In this document: in pieces, positions 48,871 to 58,037 of the stretch
How the letters are laid out: each line of letters opens with the position of its first letter
How positions within the stretch are numbered: the stretch's first letter is position 1
Assembly: GCA_963841435.1 (NCBI GenBank)
Contig: CAWJCS010000005.1
Span: 1,696,001 to 1,760,000 of the forward strand
Direction of reading: 5' to 3'
Source: an uncultured delta proteobacterium
GTDB taxonomy: Bacteria; Myxococcota_A; Polyangia; Polyangiales; Polyangiaceae
Length of the DNA stretch: 64,000 nt
Position numbers and translations under genes: made by a program
Notes under the pieces: generated by a model
What the model saw: only the letters and a program-made list of their open reading frames with translations
What the model was told of the DNA's origin: nothing
Databases searched by the model: none

Positions 48871-49854
48871 CTATTCGAGCGCGGCGCCGCCCCTTGCGAC
48901 GTTGTCTTTCGTGAAGAGGCGGGTGCCGAGGGTGATGCGCTTGGGGGCGGGCCTGCCGGCGAGGATCGAGAGCGCAAGCTCGATCGCTTCGGCGCCGCCC
49001 GTCGGGTAGGCGAACGTCGCGTCGAGGATGCCATCGCGCACGTAGCGCACCCCTTCGTGCGGCAGCGCGTCGATGCCGACGAACTTCATCTCGTGCTCGC
49101 GACCCGCCGCCTTCGCGGCGAGGTACGCGCCGTGCGCGCCGGGGTCGTTGTGCGCGTACACGAGCGAGATCTTCGGGTTCGCCGCGAGCGCCGACTCCAT
49201 CTCTCGCCGCGCGTTTGGCTCGAGCCACTGCATGTCGGCCTCGAACACCACCTTGAGGCCGGGGTGCGCTTCGAGCGCGATGGCCTGGCGAAACCCGCTG
49301 TGCCGGTCCTGTCCCGGCGTCGATGTCATGAGGCCCTCGAGCTCCACGATCGTGCCTTTGCCGCCGAGCGCGGCGAGGGCCCATTTGCCTGCCTCGCGAC
49401 CGATACGCTGGTTGTCCGCGCCGATGAAAGTCGTGAAGGCGTCGCCCTCGACGGCCCGGTCGAGCACGATCACGGGGATGCCCTTTTTGAACACCTCCGC
49501 TACGGGCTTCGTGAGCGGCGCCGCCTCCTTGGGTGACACGAGCAACAGGTCGATTCCCTGGGCCAAGAGCTCCTCCACCTGAGCGCGCTGTCGCAGAGAA
49601 TCATTTTGCGCATCCTTGAACACGAGCTTCAGGTTCGGGTGTGCCTTGGCGGCCTCGGCGATGTCGGCGTTCATCTGCACGCGCCAGGGCTCGCCGAGGT
49701 TGCACTGGCTCATGCCGACCACGAAAGTCTTCGGTCCGGCGGCGCTCGGCGCCGCCGACGGAACGGGCGCTAGGGACTTGTCGCGGCAACCCAAGAGGCC
49801 CGCGAAGGCCCCGAGCAGCGCGACCAGCGTCGGCAGGCGCGTCATGGAGGGCAT
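48871..49854 (-). CDS. Sugar ABC transporter substrate-binding lipoprotein
   Basis: Lipobox LLGC; GMSQCNLGEPWR; IPVIVLDR; IGADN; YAHND; FVGIDALP. Confidence 0.92.
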   Translation of the reverse strand: MPSMTRLPTLVALLGAFAGLLGCRDKSLAPVPSAAPSAAGPKTFVVGMSQCNLGEPWRVQMNADIAEAAKAHPNLKLVFKDAQNDSLRQRAQVEELLAQGIDLLLVSPKEAAPLTKPVAEVFKKGIPVIVLDRAVEGDAFTTFIGADNQRIGREAGKWALAALGGKGTIVELEGLMTSTPGQDRHSGFRQAIALEAHPGLKVVFEADMQWLEPNARREMESALAANPKISLVYAHNDPGAHGAYLAAKAAGREHEMKFVGIDALPHEGVRYVRDGILDATFAYPTGGAEAIELALSILAGRPAPKRITLGTRLFTKDNVARGGAALE

Positions 49855-49989
49855 CTCAGCTCCCCGGCACGGCGAGATCAAGCACGCGACCGGCGTGGCC
49901 CGCTGTGGGTGGAACGGCGCGCCGCCTGCGGCCGTTTCGTAGGGCTCCGCTGGTCGCCCAAAAACCCAACGAACCGCGGCGCTGAAGGC

Positions 49990-50355
49990 TCAGCCTCGCC
50001 GGTCGCCGCCCGGCTGCAGATCGGCCTTGAGCACGGTGAGATCTTCGAGGAGCTCGAGCAGCTCCGCCTCGAGGCCGCCGTTGCCGAGCAGCGAAAGCGC
50101 CTGGTCGAGCGACAGCACACGCGACCCCGGGCGCTTGCGCAGCGCGCGGCGAATGCAGCGATTCCCGAGCACCGGCACCCCGGCGACCAGCGTGACGATG
50201 CGAGAACGGCCGGCCCAGGGGTCGTTGAGCGCGCTCAGCAGGTCGTGCACGGTTGCGAGCGAGTTCAGGTCCTCGGCGTTCACGCGACACGCGTCGCCGT
50301 CCGGAGAGAGTAGCGCGTCGGGCTCGAGCGGAGCGCGAACGGTCGAGCCCGGCAT
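49990..50355 (-). CDS. Small protein resembling the N-terminal half of an HDOD domain
   Basis: LNSLATVHDLLSALNDP..VPVLGNRCIRRA..LSLDQALSLLG parallels the HDOD LP.LP..DP.L...S..QA..LLG pattern. Confidence 0.55.
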   Translation of the reverse strand: MPGSTVRAPLEPDALLSPDGDACRVNAEDLNSLATVHDLLSALNDPWAGRSRIVTLVAGVPVLGNRCIRRALRKRPGSRVLSLDQALSLLGNGGLEAELLELLEDLTVLKADLQPGGDRRG

Positions 50356-50723
50356 CCTACCGACCTAGCCGGGTTTGGCGCGGGCCGCCACCGGACGGAA
50401 GACGATGCGGCACGTGAACGGTCCTCGATGCGGTTCGTGACTGCGCGGCGAAACGAGCAGGACAGCCGCCGGGGATGAGCTCGACGGCCTCGAGCCGCAC
50501 CCAGAGGCAGCCTTTTCCGAACAGAACGGCGACGTTGAGATGACCCGTGCTGACGCGAAGTAGCCGTCGTGGGTCGCGCGCGCTTCGAGCACCGCCGTCG
50601 TGCTTTCGTTGCCATGATGGTCTCCTGGTCCCGCGGGGCGAGACCTTCCGAGCGGGGCTACGGCCGCCCCCGTCGGCGCGTAACCCCGGCGCGACCGAGC
50701 CCGAAAAGAGCGCGGAAAGCCGT

Positions 50724-52178
50724 TCATTTGGCGGCGACGAGGAACGCGATCGCGATGGCGAGCGCCACGGCGGCGACGGCCAGGCCGATGAGCGTTCGTC
50801 GCACGCCGCCCGGCGAGACGCTGACCGCGCCGTCGGCGACCGACAGACGCTCCGGTGAGCGACGCAAGAGGTCGAGCGCGGGGTGCGGCGCTTCGGGCGT
50901 GGGCGGCGGTGGGGTGAAAAGCACGGCGGCTTCCGCGGTGAACGGTGCCGAGCTGAGCGGCAGGTCTCCGGGTCCCGCCCAGGTCTCCACCTGCGCGACG
51001 AGTCGGGCTCGCGCCGCGAGTGTCTCGGCGGCAAGATCGTTCACCCACTCGGCGACACGCCGCGCGGACGCGCCCGGTACTGCTTGCTCGAGTGCCAACG
51101 CGAAATCGCGCGGGCTCTCGAAGCGCGCCTCGGCCTCGGACTGAAGGGCACGCATGGCAACGGCTTCCACCTTCGACGAGAGGTCCTGCCGATACTCGCT
51201 CGGCTTGGGATAGTTACCGTCGAGGATCTTCTGCATGCGCTCGTGCTCGCTGTCGGCCATGAACAGGCGCCGCGTCGAGAGCAGCTCCCACAGGATGATC
51301 CCCGCCGAGAACACGTCCGAACGCTGCGTGAGGCGCTCGCCGCGGATCTGCTCGGGCGACATGTAGCCGCTCTTGCCCTTCACACGGTTCGGGTTCGATT
51401 CTTCGAGCGATTCCAGGGCCTTAGCGATGCCGAAGTCGAGCACGCGCGACTGCCCGTCGGCCCCGACGATCACGTTGGGCGGCGAGATGTCACGGTGCAC
51501 GAGACCGAGCGGCTTGCCCTTCTCGTCGAGCGCGTCGTGCACGGCTTCGAGGCCCTGCAGCATGTCTTGCACGATCCTCACGGCGACATCGAGCGGGATG
51601 TGCTCCTTCTTCTCCTTGGCCTGCTTGCGGCAGAGCGTGCTCAGCGCCTCGCCGTGCACGTACTCGAGCACGAGCAACACGTCGCCCTTCGAGGCGACGA
51701 CGTCGAGCGTGGGCACGACGTTCGGGTGGCGCACGCGCGCGGCAAGCCGTGCCTCGTTGAGCAGCATCTGCGTGAAGTCCTCGTTTTGGACGAGGTTCGG
51801 CAGCAAGCGCTTGATCGCGACCACGCGCGAGAAGCCGCCGGCGCCGTCGAGGCGACCGAGGTGCACGGTGGCCATGCCGCCCGTCGCGAACTGATCGAAG
51901 AGCGCGTAGCGGCCGATGCGCGCGATGGGCAGTCGCATGGAGAGCGGAGCGCTGCTCGCGGGCGCCGAGTCCGGCACCACGAGCTCCTCTTCTTCGCCGA
52001 GCCAGAGGCCGCCCGACACGACGGGGTTGTGCGTGCCGGCGCTGCCGTCGAGCTTGATCTTCCCGTTGCAGCCGCGGCACGCGAGCAGCGAAACGCGGCC
52101 GCGCACGCGCTTCTCGTAGAGATCGTACGGCACGGCCATCCGTTTGCCGCAGCTCGAGCACTGGACGGTGTACGCCAT
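50724..52178 (-). CDS. Hanks-type Ser/Thr kinase with an N-terminal zinc ribbon and a C-terminal TM anchor
   Basis: CSSC..CRGC; GGMATV, VAIKRL, HRDISPPN, DFGIAK, YMSPEQ and DVFSAG motifs; C-terminal TM. Confidence 0.95.
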   Translation of the reverse strand: MAYTVQCSSCGKRMAVPYDLYEKRVRGRVSLLACRGCNGKIKLDGSAGTHNPVVSGGLWLGEEEELVVPDSAPASSAPLSMRLPIARIGRYALFDQFATGGMATVHLGRLDGAGGFSRVVAIKRLLPNLVQNEDFTQMLLNEARLAARVRHPNVVPTLDVVASKGDVLLVLEYVHGEALSTLCRKQAKEKKEHIPLDVAVRIVQDMLQGLEAVHDALDEKGKPLGLVHRDISPPNVIVGADGQSRVLDFGIAKALESLEESNPNRVKGKSGYMSPEQIRGERLTQRSDVFSAGIILWELLSTRRLFMADSEHERMQKILDGNYPKPSEYRQDLSSKVEAVAMRALQSEAEARFESPRDFALALEQAVPGASARRVAEWVNDLAAETLAARARLVAQVETWAGPGDLPLSSAPFTAEAAVLFTPPPPTPEAPHPALDLLRRSPERLSVADGAVSVSPGGVRRTLIGLAVAAVALAIAIAFLVAAK

Positions 52179-52297
52179 CGGCCGGGGGAGACGAGACTAG
52201 TGCCTGGCGCTAAACTTCACAAATCCTGGACTGCGGCCGGAGCGCATTCGTGCACTTCCGCCCGCAGCGGTATGCGCGCGTGGCATTTCGGCCGTGG

Positions 52298-53294
52298 CTA
52301 CTCGGCCTTCTTGGAGGGCGCGAGCCGCTTTTGAAACAGCACGGCGAGAATCAGAATCGCGCCCGTGAGCATCAAGCGCGTCTCGCTCGAGTACGCGTTC
52401 AAGCTCAATACCTTCTGCAGGTAACCGAGCGTCAAGGCGCCGATCAGCGTGAGACCGATGCCACCGCGACCGCCGGCGAGGCCGGTGCCACCGAGCACCA
52501 CCATGGCGATGGCGTCGAGCTCGTAGCCGAGCCCTGTCTCCGGGTCTCCTTGGGTTTCTTGCGCGGCCTGGCAAATGCCCGCGACGGCGGCGAGCAGGCC
52601 CGACAGCGCGTAGGCGAAAATCAGGGTGAAACGCACGGGGACGCCCGCGAGACGCGCGGCCTCGAAGTTTCCGCCGACGGCGTACAGGTAGCGCCCGATG
52701 CGAAGGCGCTCGAGCACGACGAACGCCACGAGCGCCACCGCGGCAAAGACGAGTGTCACCACCGACACGCTGCCGCCAAGCACGCGCTGGTCGAGCGCGG
52801 CGAACGCGTCCGGCAGCGGGACGTTCACGAAGCGCCCGTCCGACGTTCTGAAAGTAGCTCGATACCTTCTGCCCGCCCGAGAGCTCCTTGGCAACGCCGC
52901 GCGCGAACACCATCGTCGCGAGCGTCACGATGAACGGGGGCAGGCGTGGTACGGCCACCAGAGCGCCCGACACCGCACCGAAAAGCGTCCCGAGCGCGAG
53001 CGCCGCCGGTCCGGCGAGGAGCGCCGACCAGCCGAGGTGCATCGTGAAGAGCGCGAACCCGACCGACGACAGCGCGAGCACGCTACCCACCGAAAGATCG
53101 ATGCCCGCCGTGACGATGACGACCGTCATGCCGCAGGCGAGGATGCCTTCGACCGCAATCTCGCGCAGTAGCGCGCGGTGTGTTTGCCACTCGAAAAACG
53201 CGCCGCTGGCGTTGAAAAGCGCTCCCACGACGAGCACGGCGAGGAGCGGCAAAAGTGCGCGACCGAGTGGCTTTTCGAGCCAGCGCTTCGTCAT
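52298..53294 (-). pseudogene. Sugar ABC permease, frameshifted by one extra base at about 52846
   Basis: GIDLSVGS and PPFIVTL in the first frame; removing one A (cag A acg) restores TSDGRFVNVPLP..YELDAIAMVVLGG to the stop at 52298. Confidence 0.88.
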
Positions 53295-54778
53295 GCGGTC
53301 GCTCCCATCACCAGCGAAAGCAGCCGTTCGGTCGCGATCTCGCCGCGTTCGAGGTTGGCGACGATCGCGCCGCGAAAGAGCACGAGCACGCGATCGGCGT
53401 GCTCGACGAGCTCGGTGAGGTCGGACGAGTAAAAGAGCGTGCTCGTGCCGCCCCGCGCGGCGTCGTGCAGGCGGGCGAAGAGGTCGGCCTTGGCGCCGAG
53501 GTTGACGCCTCGCGCCGGATCGTCGAGTAAGAGCAGCCGCGGTCGCGCGGCGAGGCAGCGCAAAAGCGCGACCTTCTGCTGGTTGCCACCCGAGAGGGAC
53601 TCGGCGCGAGCTTCCAGCGAGGCGGCCTTGAGCCTGAGGCGCGCGACCTCGGGCGCGAGCACGCGGCGCTCGGCACCGCGGTCCACGAAGGCGAAAGCGT
53701 GGCCGAGCGTCGCCGTCAGCATTGCGTTGTCGCGCACGCCGAGGTTGGCAAGCACGCTCTCCTTTCGATCGCCGGGCAGGATCGACACGCCGCGCGCGAG
53801 CGCCTGACGCGGGCTCGTCGGCGCGTAGGGGCGGCCGTCGAGCTTTATCGAGCCGGATGCTCGCCGCGCGTCGCCCGAAAGCGCGGCAAAGAGCGCGCTC
53901 GCGCCCGAGCCGTGCGCCCCGGCGACGCCGACGATCTCGCCGGGCTCGACCTCGAAAGACACGCCTCGGAGCGGCGTGCCGGCCGACGAGAGCTCGCGCA
54001 CGGCGAGGCGCACGGGGCCGCGCGCGGCTCGCTCGGGCAGCGGGGCGGGCTCGAGCCTACGTCCCAGCATCGCGAAGAGCAGCTCGTCGCGCCCGAGCTC
54101 GGCGGCGCGCGCCGTGAGCACGCGCTCCCCGTCGCGCAGCACGGTCACTCGGTCGGCGACGCTTTCGATCTCGCGCAGGCGGTGCGAGATGTAGATCACG
54201 CTCGTCCCGCGCAGGACGACGCTCCGCACCCGCTCGAACAGCCGCGCCGTCTCCGACTCGGTGAGCGCGCTCGTGGGCTCGTCCATCACGAGGATGCGCG
54301 CGTCGCGATCGAGCGCTCGTGCGATCTCGACGAGCTGCCGTTCGGCCACGCCGAGCGTTTCGACCGGCGCGTCGGGGTCGACGGCGAGCCCCACGCGCTC
54401 GAGCGCGGTCAGCGCTCGCCCTCGCGCCGCGCGTCGATCGAACGGGCCGAGCGCGGCGCCCTGGGTGCCGAGCGCGAGGTTGTCGGCGACGCTGAGCTCC
54501 GGCACGAGCGAAAGCTCCTGGTGAATCGTCGCGACGCCCGCGCGGAGCGCGTCGGCGGGTCCGCGAAATCGCCGCACGACGCCGTCGATGGCGAGGCTCC
54601 CCTCGAAAGCCGTGACGACGCCCGCAACGACGCGAATGAGCGTGCTTTTCCCGGCGCCGTTCTCGCCGGCCAGAACGTGCACCTCGCCCGGCGAAAGCTC
54701 GAACGAGACGTTGACGAGCGCGCTCGTCGAGCCGAACCGCACCGAGACGCAGCGAAGCTCGAGGCGCGGCGGCGTCAT
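53291..54778 (-). CDS. Sugar ABC ATP-binding protein (two NBDs)
   Basis: GENGAGKST; MDEPTSAL; YISHRL; LSGGNQQK. Confidence 0.92.
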   Translation of the reverse strand: MTPPRLELRCVSVRFGSTSALVNVSFELSPGEVHVLAGENGAGKSTLIRVVAGVVTAFEGSLAIDGVVRRFRGPADALRAGVATIHQELSLVPELSVADNLALGTQGAALGPFDRRAARGRALTALERVGLAVDPDAPVETLGVAERQLVEIARALDRDARILVMDEPTSALTESETARLFERVRSVVLRGTSVIYISHRLREIESVADRVTVLRDGERVLTARAAELGRDELLFAMLGRRLEPAPLPERAARGPVRLAVRELSSAGTPLRGVSFEVEPGEIVGVAGAHGSGASALFAALSGDARRASGSIKLDGRPYAPTSPRQALARGVSILPGDRKESVLANLGVRDNAMLTATLGHAFAFVDRGAERRVLAPEVARLRLKAASLEARAESLSGGNQQKVALLRCLAARPRLLLLDDPARGVNLGAKADLFARLHDAARGGTSTLFYSSDLTELVEHADRVLVLFRGAIVANLERGEIATERLLSLVMGATA

Positions 54779-54800
54779 CGGAGCGTGCCTCGCGGAGTTT

Positions 54801-57005
54801 TCACACCCAGTCGAGGGCGTCGCGGTCCCAAGTGCGGAACGTGCCGTCGATGCGTTGCTCGAGATCGCGCGTGCCGGTTCGAACGCGAAAGTCGAGGTTC
54901 GTCACGAGCTCGGCGATCGGCGCCGGCAGCTCGGCGGGCGGCTTTGTCACGAGCTCGTCGTCGAGCGTGACGAACGTCACCTCCAGGGCCTCCGCGCCCG
55001 CCGTGACGAGCGCGCAACCGTTCTTCACGAGGTCGAGCCAGCCGATGTGTGGGTTCGGGCGGCTCGCCGGATCCTGCAGAAGCGTACCGACGGCGCCCGC
55101 GAGCAGCGCGGCCTCGGCCGGTATGGTCGGGTCGGAAGCGATGGCGCTCTGGATGCCCGTGAGCCAGGTCGTCGACGAAATGCTGCCCGACACGAATTCG
55201 ACGACGCGCGCGCCTTCGTTGCCCTCGGGGTAAGGTGTCCCGGCGAAGAAGGCGTGCAGATCACCCGTGAAAACGGCCACGTTCTCGACATCGGCGAGCT
55301 CGTCGAGCAGGGCGTCGCGCTCGTTGGGCGCGCCGTCCCAGTCCTCGCCGCTGAGCAGGATCTTCTGCTGGTATTGCTGGGGCGCGAAGAGAATCCCCGT
55401 GAGGTCGATGCGGCGGCGCATCAGCGTGTACTCGTTGCCCCAGAGCTTCCACGTGCGCGTCGAGCCCTTCATCGTGTCGAGGAACCAGCGGCGCTGTTCG
55501 TCGCCCATGAGCCGCTCGCTCTCGCCGTCGCTCGCCTTCGCGCGCAGCGCCGCGAGGGCGCGAAACGGGCCCTCCGCCACGAGGTAGCGCGAGCCGACCG
55601 ACGAGTACGGCGAGGTCTTGAGGAGCTGGTGGTACGCATAGCCCCGCTCGAGCGACGTGTCGTCGAGATCGATCGGAGGATCGCCCCCGGCGCCCTCGAT
55701 GATGCCGTTGACCCAAGGTGCCGAGAGCAAGCCCGTGACGCGCGCGGGCTCGACGTTCTGATCGTCGGCGGCAGCGAGCAGCGCGTCGCGAACGGTATTC
55801 CACGCGTCGTCGTCGATGTCGACATACGGCACCGCGTCGTCCGGCACCTCGCCGAGGAGGTCCAGGGCGTCGCTCTTTGTGAGGAACATCGCGCCCGGAA
55901 ACGCGTCCTCGGGGACGACGTGGTCGGGCCGATAGCGCCTCAGATCGGTGAGCACGAGCTCGACGTGTCGGCCGAGCTCGAAGCGACGATACAGCCGAAA
56001 ATCATCAGGAAACGCGGCCGTTTCGTCGAGCGCCGCGGCCGGCGCCGTCTCGTCGTCGAACGGCATGAACTCGAACCATGCGCGATCCGCGTTGCGGCGC
56101 CGCTCGAAGTCCTCCTCGTTCTCGCGCCCGTCTTCGTAGGTTGCGGTGGCCCCGTAGCAGTCGTTCGAGAACTCGTGATCGTCCGGGATCGCGATCATGG
56201 GGAAGAGCTCGTGCACCTTCTGCAGATCGGGATCGCTCCGCGCCGTGCGGTAAAGGTCGCGGTAGTTGTCGAGCGAGCGCGCGGCGAGCACCGCTTCGCT
56301 CGGAGCGTCGTCGCCGATCACGCCGCCGCTCAGCGAAAGGGCTTGCTCCGGCTGCCGGAACACGACGGCGCGCCCAGCCCCGTCGCCGCTCGTCGTGCGC
56401 GTCGTCTCGTACACGTAGTCGCCGAGGTGCAGCACGAAGTCGAGCGGTTGCGCCGCGACGTACCGGAGCACGTGAAAGTACTTGTCGGCGTAGTCCTGGC
56501 AGGACACCACGGCGAAACGCACGCTCACGTCGGCGTCCGGCTCGGGCGCCGTACGTGTCCGGCCGACGCGCGACGCGTGGCGCTCGTCGCCTCGCAGGTA
56601 CGTGAAGCGGTAGTAGTAGGTCGTTCCGGCATCGAGCCCCTCGAGCCGCGCCTTCACGCAGCCGCCGTCCGAGCCGAGAGCCGTGAGCGCCACCGTTTCG
56701 CCGCCGTCGAGCGCGATGCGATCGCGAAAGCCCTCGTCGAGCGCGACCTCGAGCTCGAGCGGAAAGTCCGCTTCCTCGAAGTCTGCGTCTTCGACGCGCG
56801 TCCAGACGACGACGCTCGTGGGCCGCGGATCGCCCGACGCGACCGATAGCGGAAAGTAGACGGGCCCCCGCGTGATCGGTTGCGCCGACCGCTCGCCGTC
56901 GCCGCAGGCTTCGAGCAATCCCGGTGCGGCGACCACCGCGACGGCGCGCAAGAAGTCGCGACGGTGGACTCCAGTCACGTAGGCCTCGTACGGCGTCCGC
57001 GTCAC
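54801..57005 (-). CDS. phoD: Alkaline phosphatase D family, Tat-exported lipoprotein
   Basis: RRDFL Tat motif and LEAC; SVASGDP, VVSCQ, HLGDYVYE, DDHEFSND, DWDG and TGDLH motifs. Confidence 0.93.
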   Translation of the reverse strand: MTRTPYEAYVTGVHRRDFLRAVAVVAAPGLLEACGDGERSAQPITRGPVYFPLSVASGDPRPTSVVVWTRVEDADFEEADFPLELEVALDEGFRDRIALDGGETVALTALGSDGGCVKARLEGLDAGTTYYYRFTYLRGDERHASRVGRTRTAPEPDADVSVRFAVVSCQDYADKYFHVLRYVAAQPLDFVLHLGDYVYETTRTTSGDGAGRAVVFRQPEQALSLSGGVIGDDAPSEAVLAARSLDNYRDLYRTARSDPDLQKVHELFPMIAIPDDHEFSNDCYGATATYEDGRENEEDFERRRNADRAWFEFMPFDDETAPAAALDETAAFPDDFRLYRRFELGRHVELVLTDLRRYRPDHVVPEDAFPGAMFLTKSDALDLLGEVPDDAVPYVDIDDDAWNTVRDALLAAADDQNVEPARVTGLLSAPWVNGIIEGAGGDPPIDLDDTSLERGYAYHQLLKTSPYSSVGSRYLVAEGPFRALAALRAKASDGESERLMGDEQRRWFLDTMKGSTRTWKLWGNEYTLMRRRIDLTGILFAPQQYQQKILLSGEDWDGAPNERDALLDELADVENVAVFTGDLHAFFAGTPYPEGNEGARVVEFVSGSISSTTWLTGIQSAIASDPTIPAEAALLAGAVGTLLQDPASRPNPHIGWLDLVKNGCALVTAGAEALEVTFVTLDDELVTKPPAELPAPIAELVTNLDFRVRTGTRDLEQRIDGTFRTWDRDALDWV

Positions 57006-57108
57006 GCCTGCAAGTCCAGGACCTACTTCGCCGCAGCCCTAGCGGTCGGGCGCTGGTAGGCTTCGGCATCGGCGGTGCCTGTTGCCCGCCGACGAGCTCT
57101 GCACGACG

Positions 57109-57879
57109 ATGGTGCACACGGCGCTCTCACGCACGGATCACCGCCCGTGGCCGCTCCCCGCGCGGCCGTGGACGTGGCGCCAGTCGTGGCAAAAGCTGTT
57201 GTTCGCACATTGGGCGCTGCCAAGCGCCGCGCTCAGACCGCTCGTGCCGCGCGAGCTCGAGCTCGACGTGTTCGACGGGCGCTGTTTCGTGGGTGTCGTG
57301 CCTTTTTGCATGACGGGCGTCATGCGGCGACCGCTGCCGGACCTGCCGTGGCTCTCGGCATTTCCCGAGCTCAACGTGCGCACCTACGTCACGCGCGATG
57401 GCAAGCCCGGCGTGTGGTTCCTCAGCCTCGACGCCACGAACCCCGTCGCAGTGTGGGCAGCGCGCCGTTTCTTCCACCTGCCGTACCATCGCGCGCGCAT
57501 TACGGTTGCGTCCGGCGAGCGTGACGTGCGCTACGTTTCCGAGCGGCCCGGCGCCGCCTTCACGGCAAGCTACGGCCCGACCTCGGGCGTCTTCGCGGCG
57601 CGGTCCGGGTCGCTCGAGCACTTCCTCACAGAGCGCTACTGCCTGTACGCGCGCGCGCCGGGCGGCACCCTGCTTCGCAACGACGTGCACCACCACCCCT
57701 GGCCCCTCCAGCCGGCGCGCGCCGCAATCGAGCGGAACACCATGCTCGCCGTGCACGGCCTCTCCACGCCCGCGGAGCCGCCGCTCTTGCACTTTGCCGA
57801 GCGGGTCGACGTCGTCGTCTGGGGCTCCGAAAGAGTTGACGGCGCGCTCGAGCGCCTGGACGAGCCCGCCGCCCGATGA
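57109..57879 (+). CDS. DUF2071 (YqjF) family protein
   Basis: QSWQKLLFAHW; FPELNVRTYV; GVWFLSLDA; FLTERYCLY; HHPWPLQ. Confidence 0.88.
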   Translation: MVHTALSRTDHRPWPLPARPWTWRQSWQKLLFAHWALPSAALRPLVPRELELDVFDGRCFVGVVPFCMTGVMRRPLPDLPWLSAFPELNVRTYVTRDGKPGVWFLSLDATNPVAVWAARRFFHLPYHRARITVASGERDVRYVSERPGAAFTASYGPTSGVFAARSGSLEHFLTERYCLYARAPGGTLLRNDVHHHPWPLQPARAAIERNTMLAVHGLSTPAEPPLLHFAERVDVVVWGSERVDGALERLDEPAAR

Positions 57880-57913
57880 CCGCTCGGCGGCCGCGACCGC
57901 AGCGCCGCCCGAC

Positions 57914-58010
57914 GCGAAACGACGACGACGGCGCCGCGCGAAGCGAAACGACGACGGCGCCGCGCGAAGCGAAACGACGACGGCGCCGCGCGAAGCGACA
58001 CGGCGACGGC
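57914..58010. repeat. 26-bp tandem repeat (GCGAAACGACGACGGCGCCGCGCGAA), about 3.6 copies, between convergent genes
   Basis: Copies at 57914 (with an extra GAC), 57943 and 57969; degenerate copy at 57995. Confidence 0.85.
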
Positions 58011-58037
58011 AGCGTCACCCGCGGGCCAGCTTTCCGC

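Noticed and set aside
48245..49536. Arg-rich repeat proteins (ORFs 48308-49009, 48346-49536, 48245-49384, 48399-49034)
   Set aside because: They arise because the 23-bp unit has no stop codon in any frame, and they overlap the real binding-protein gene
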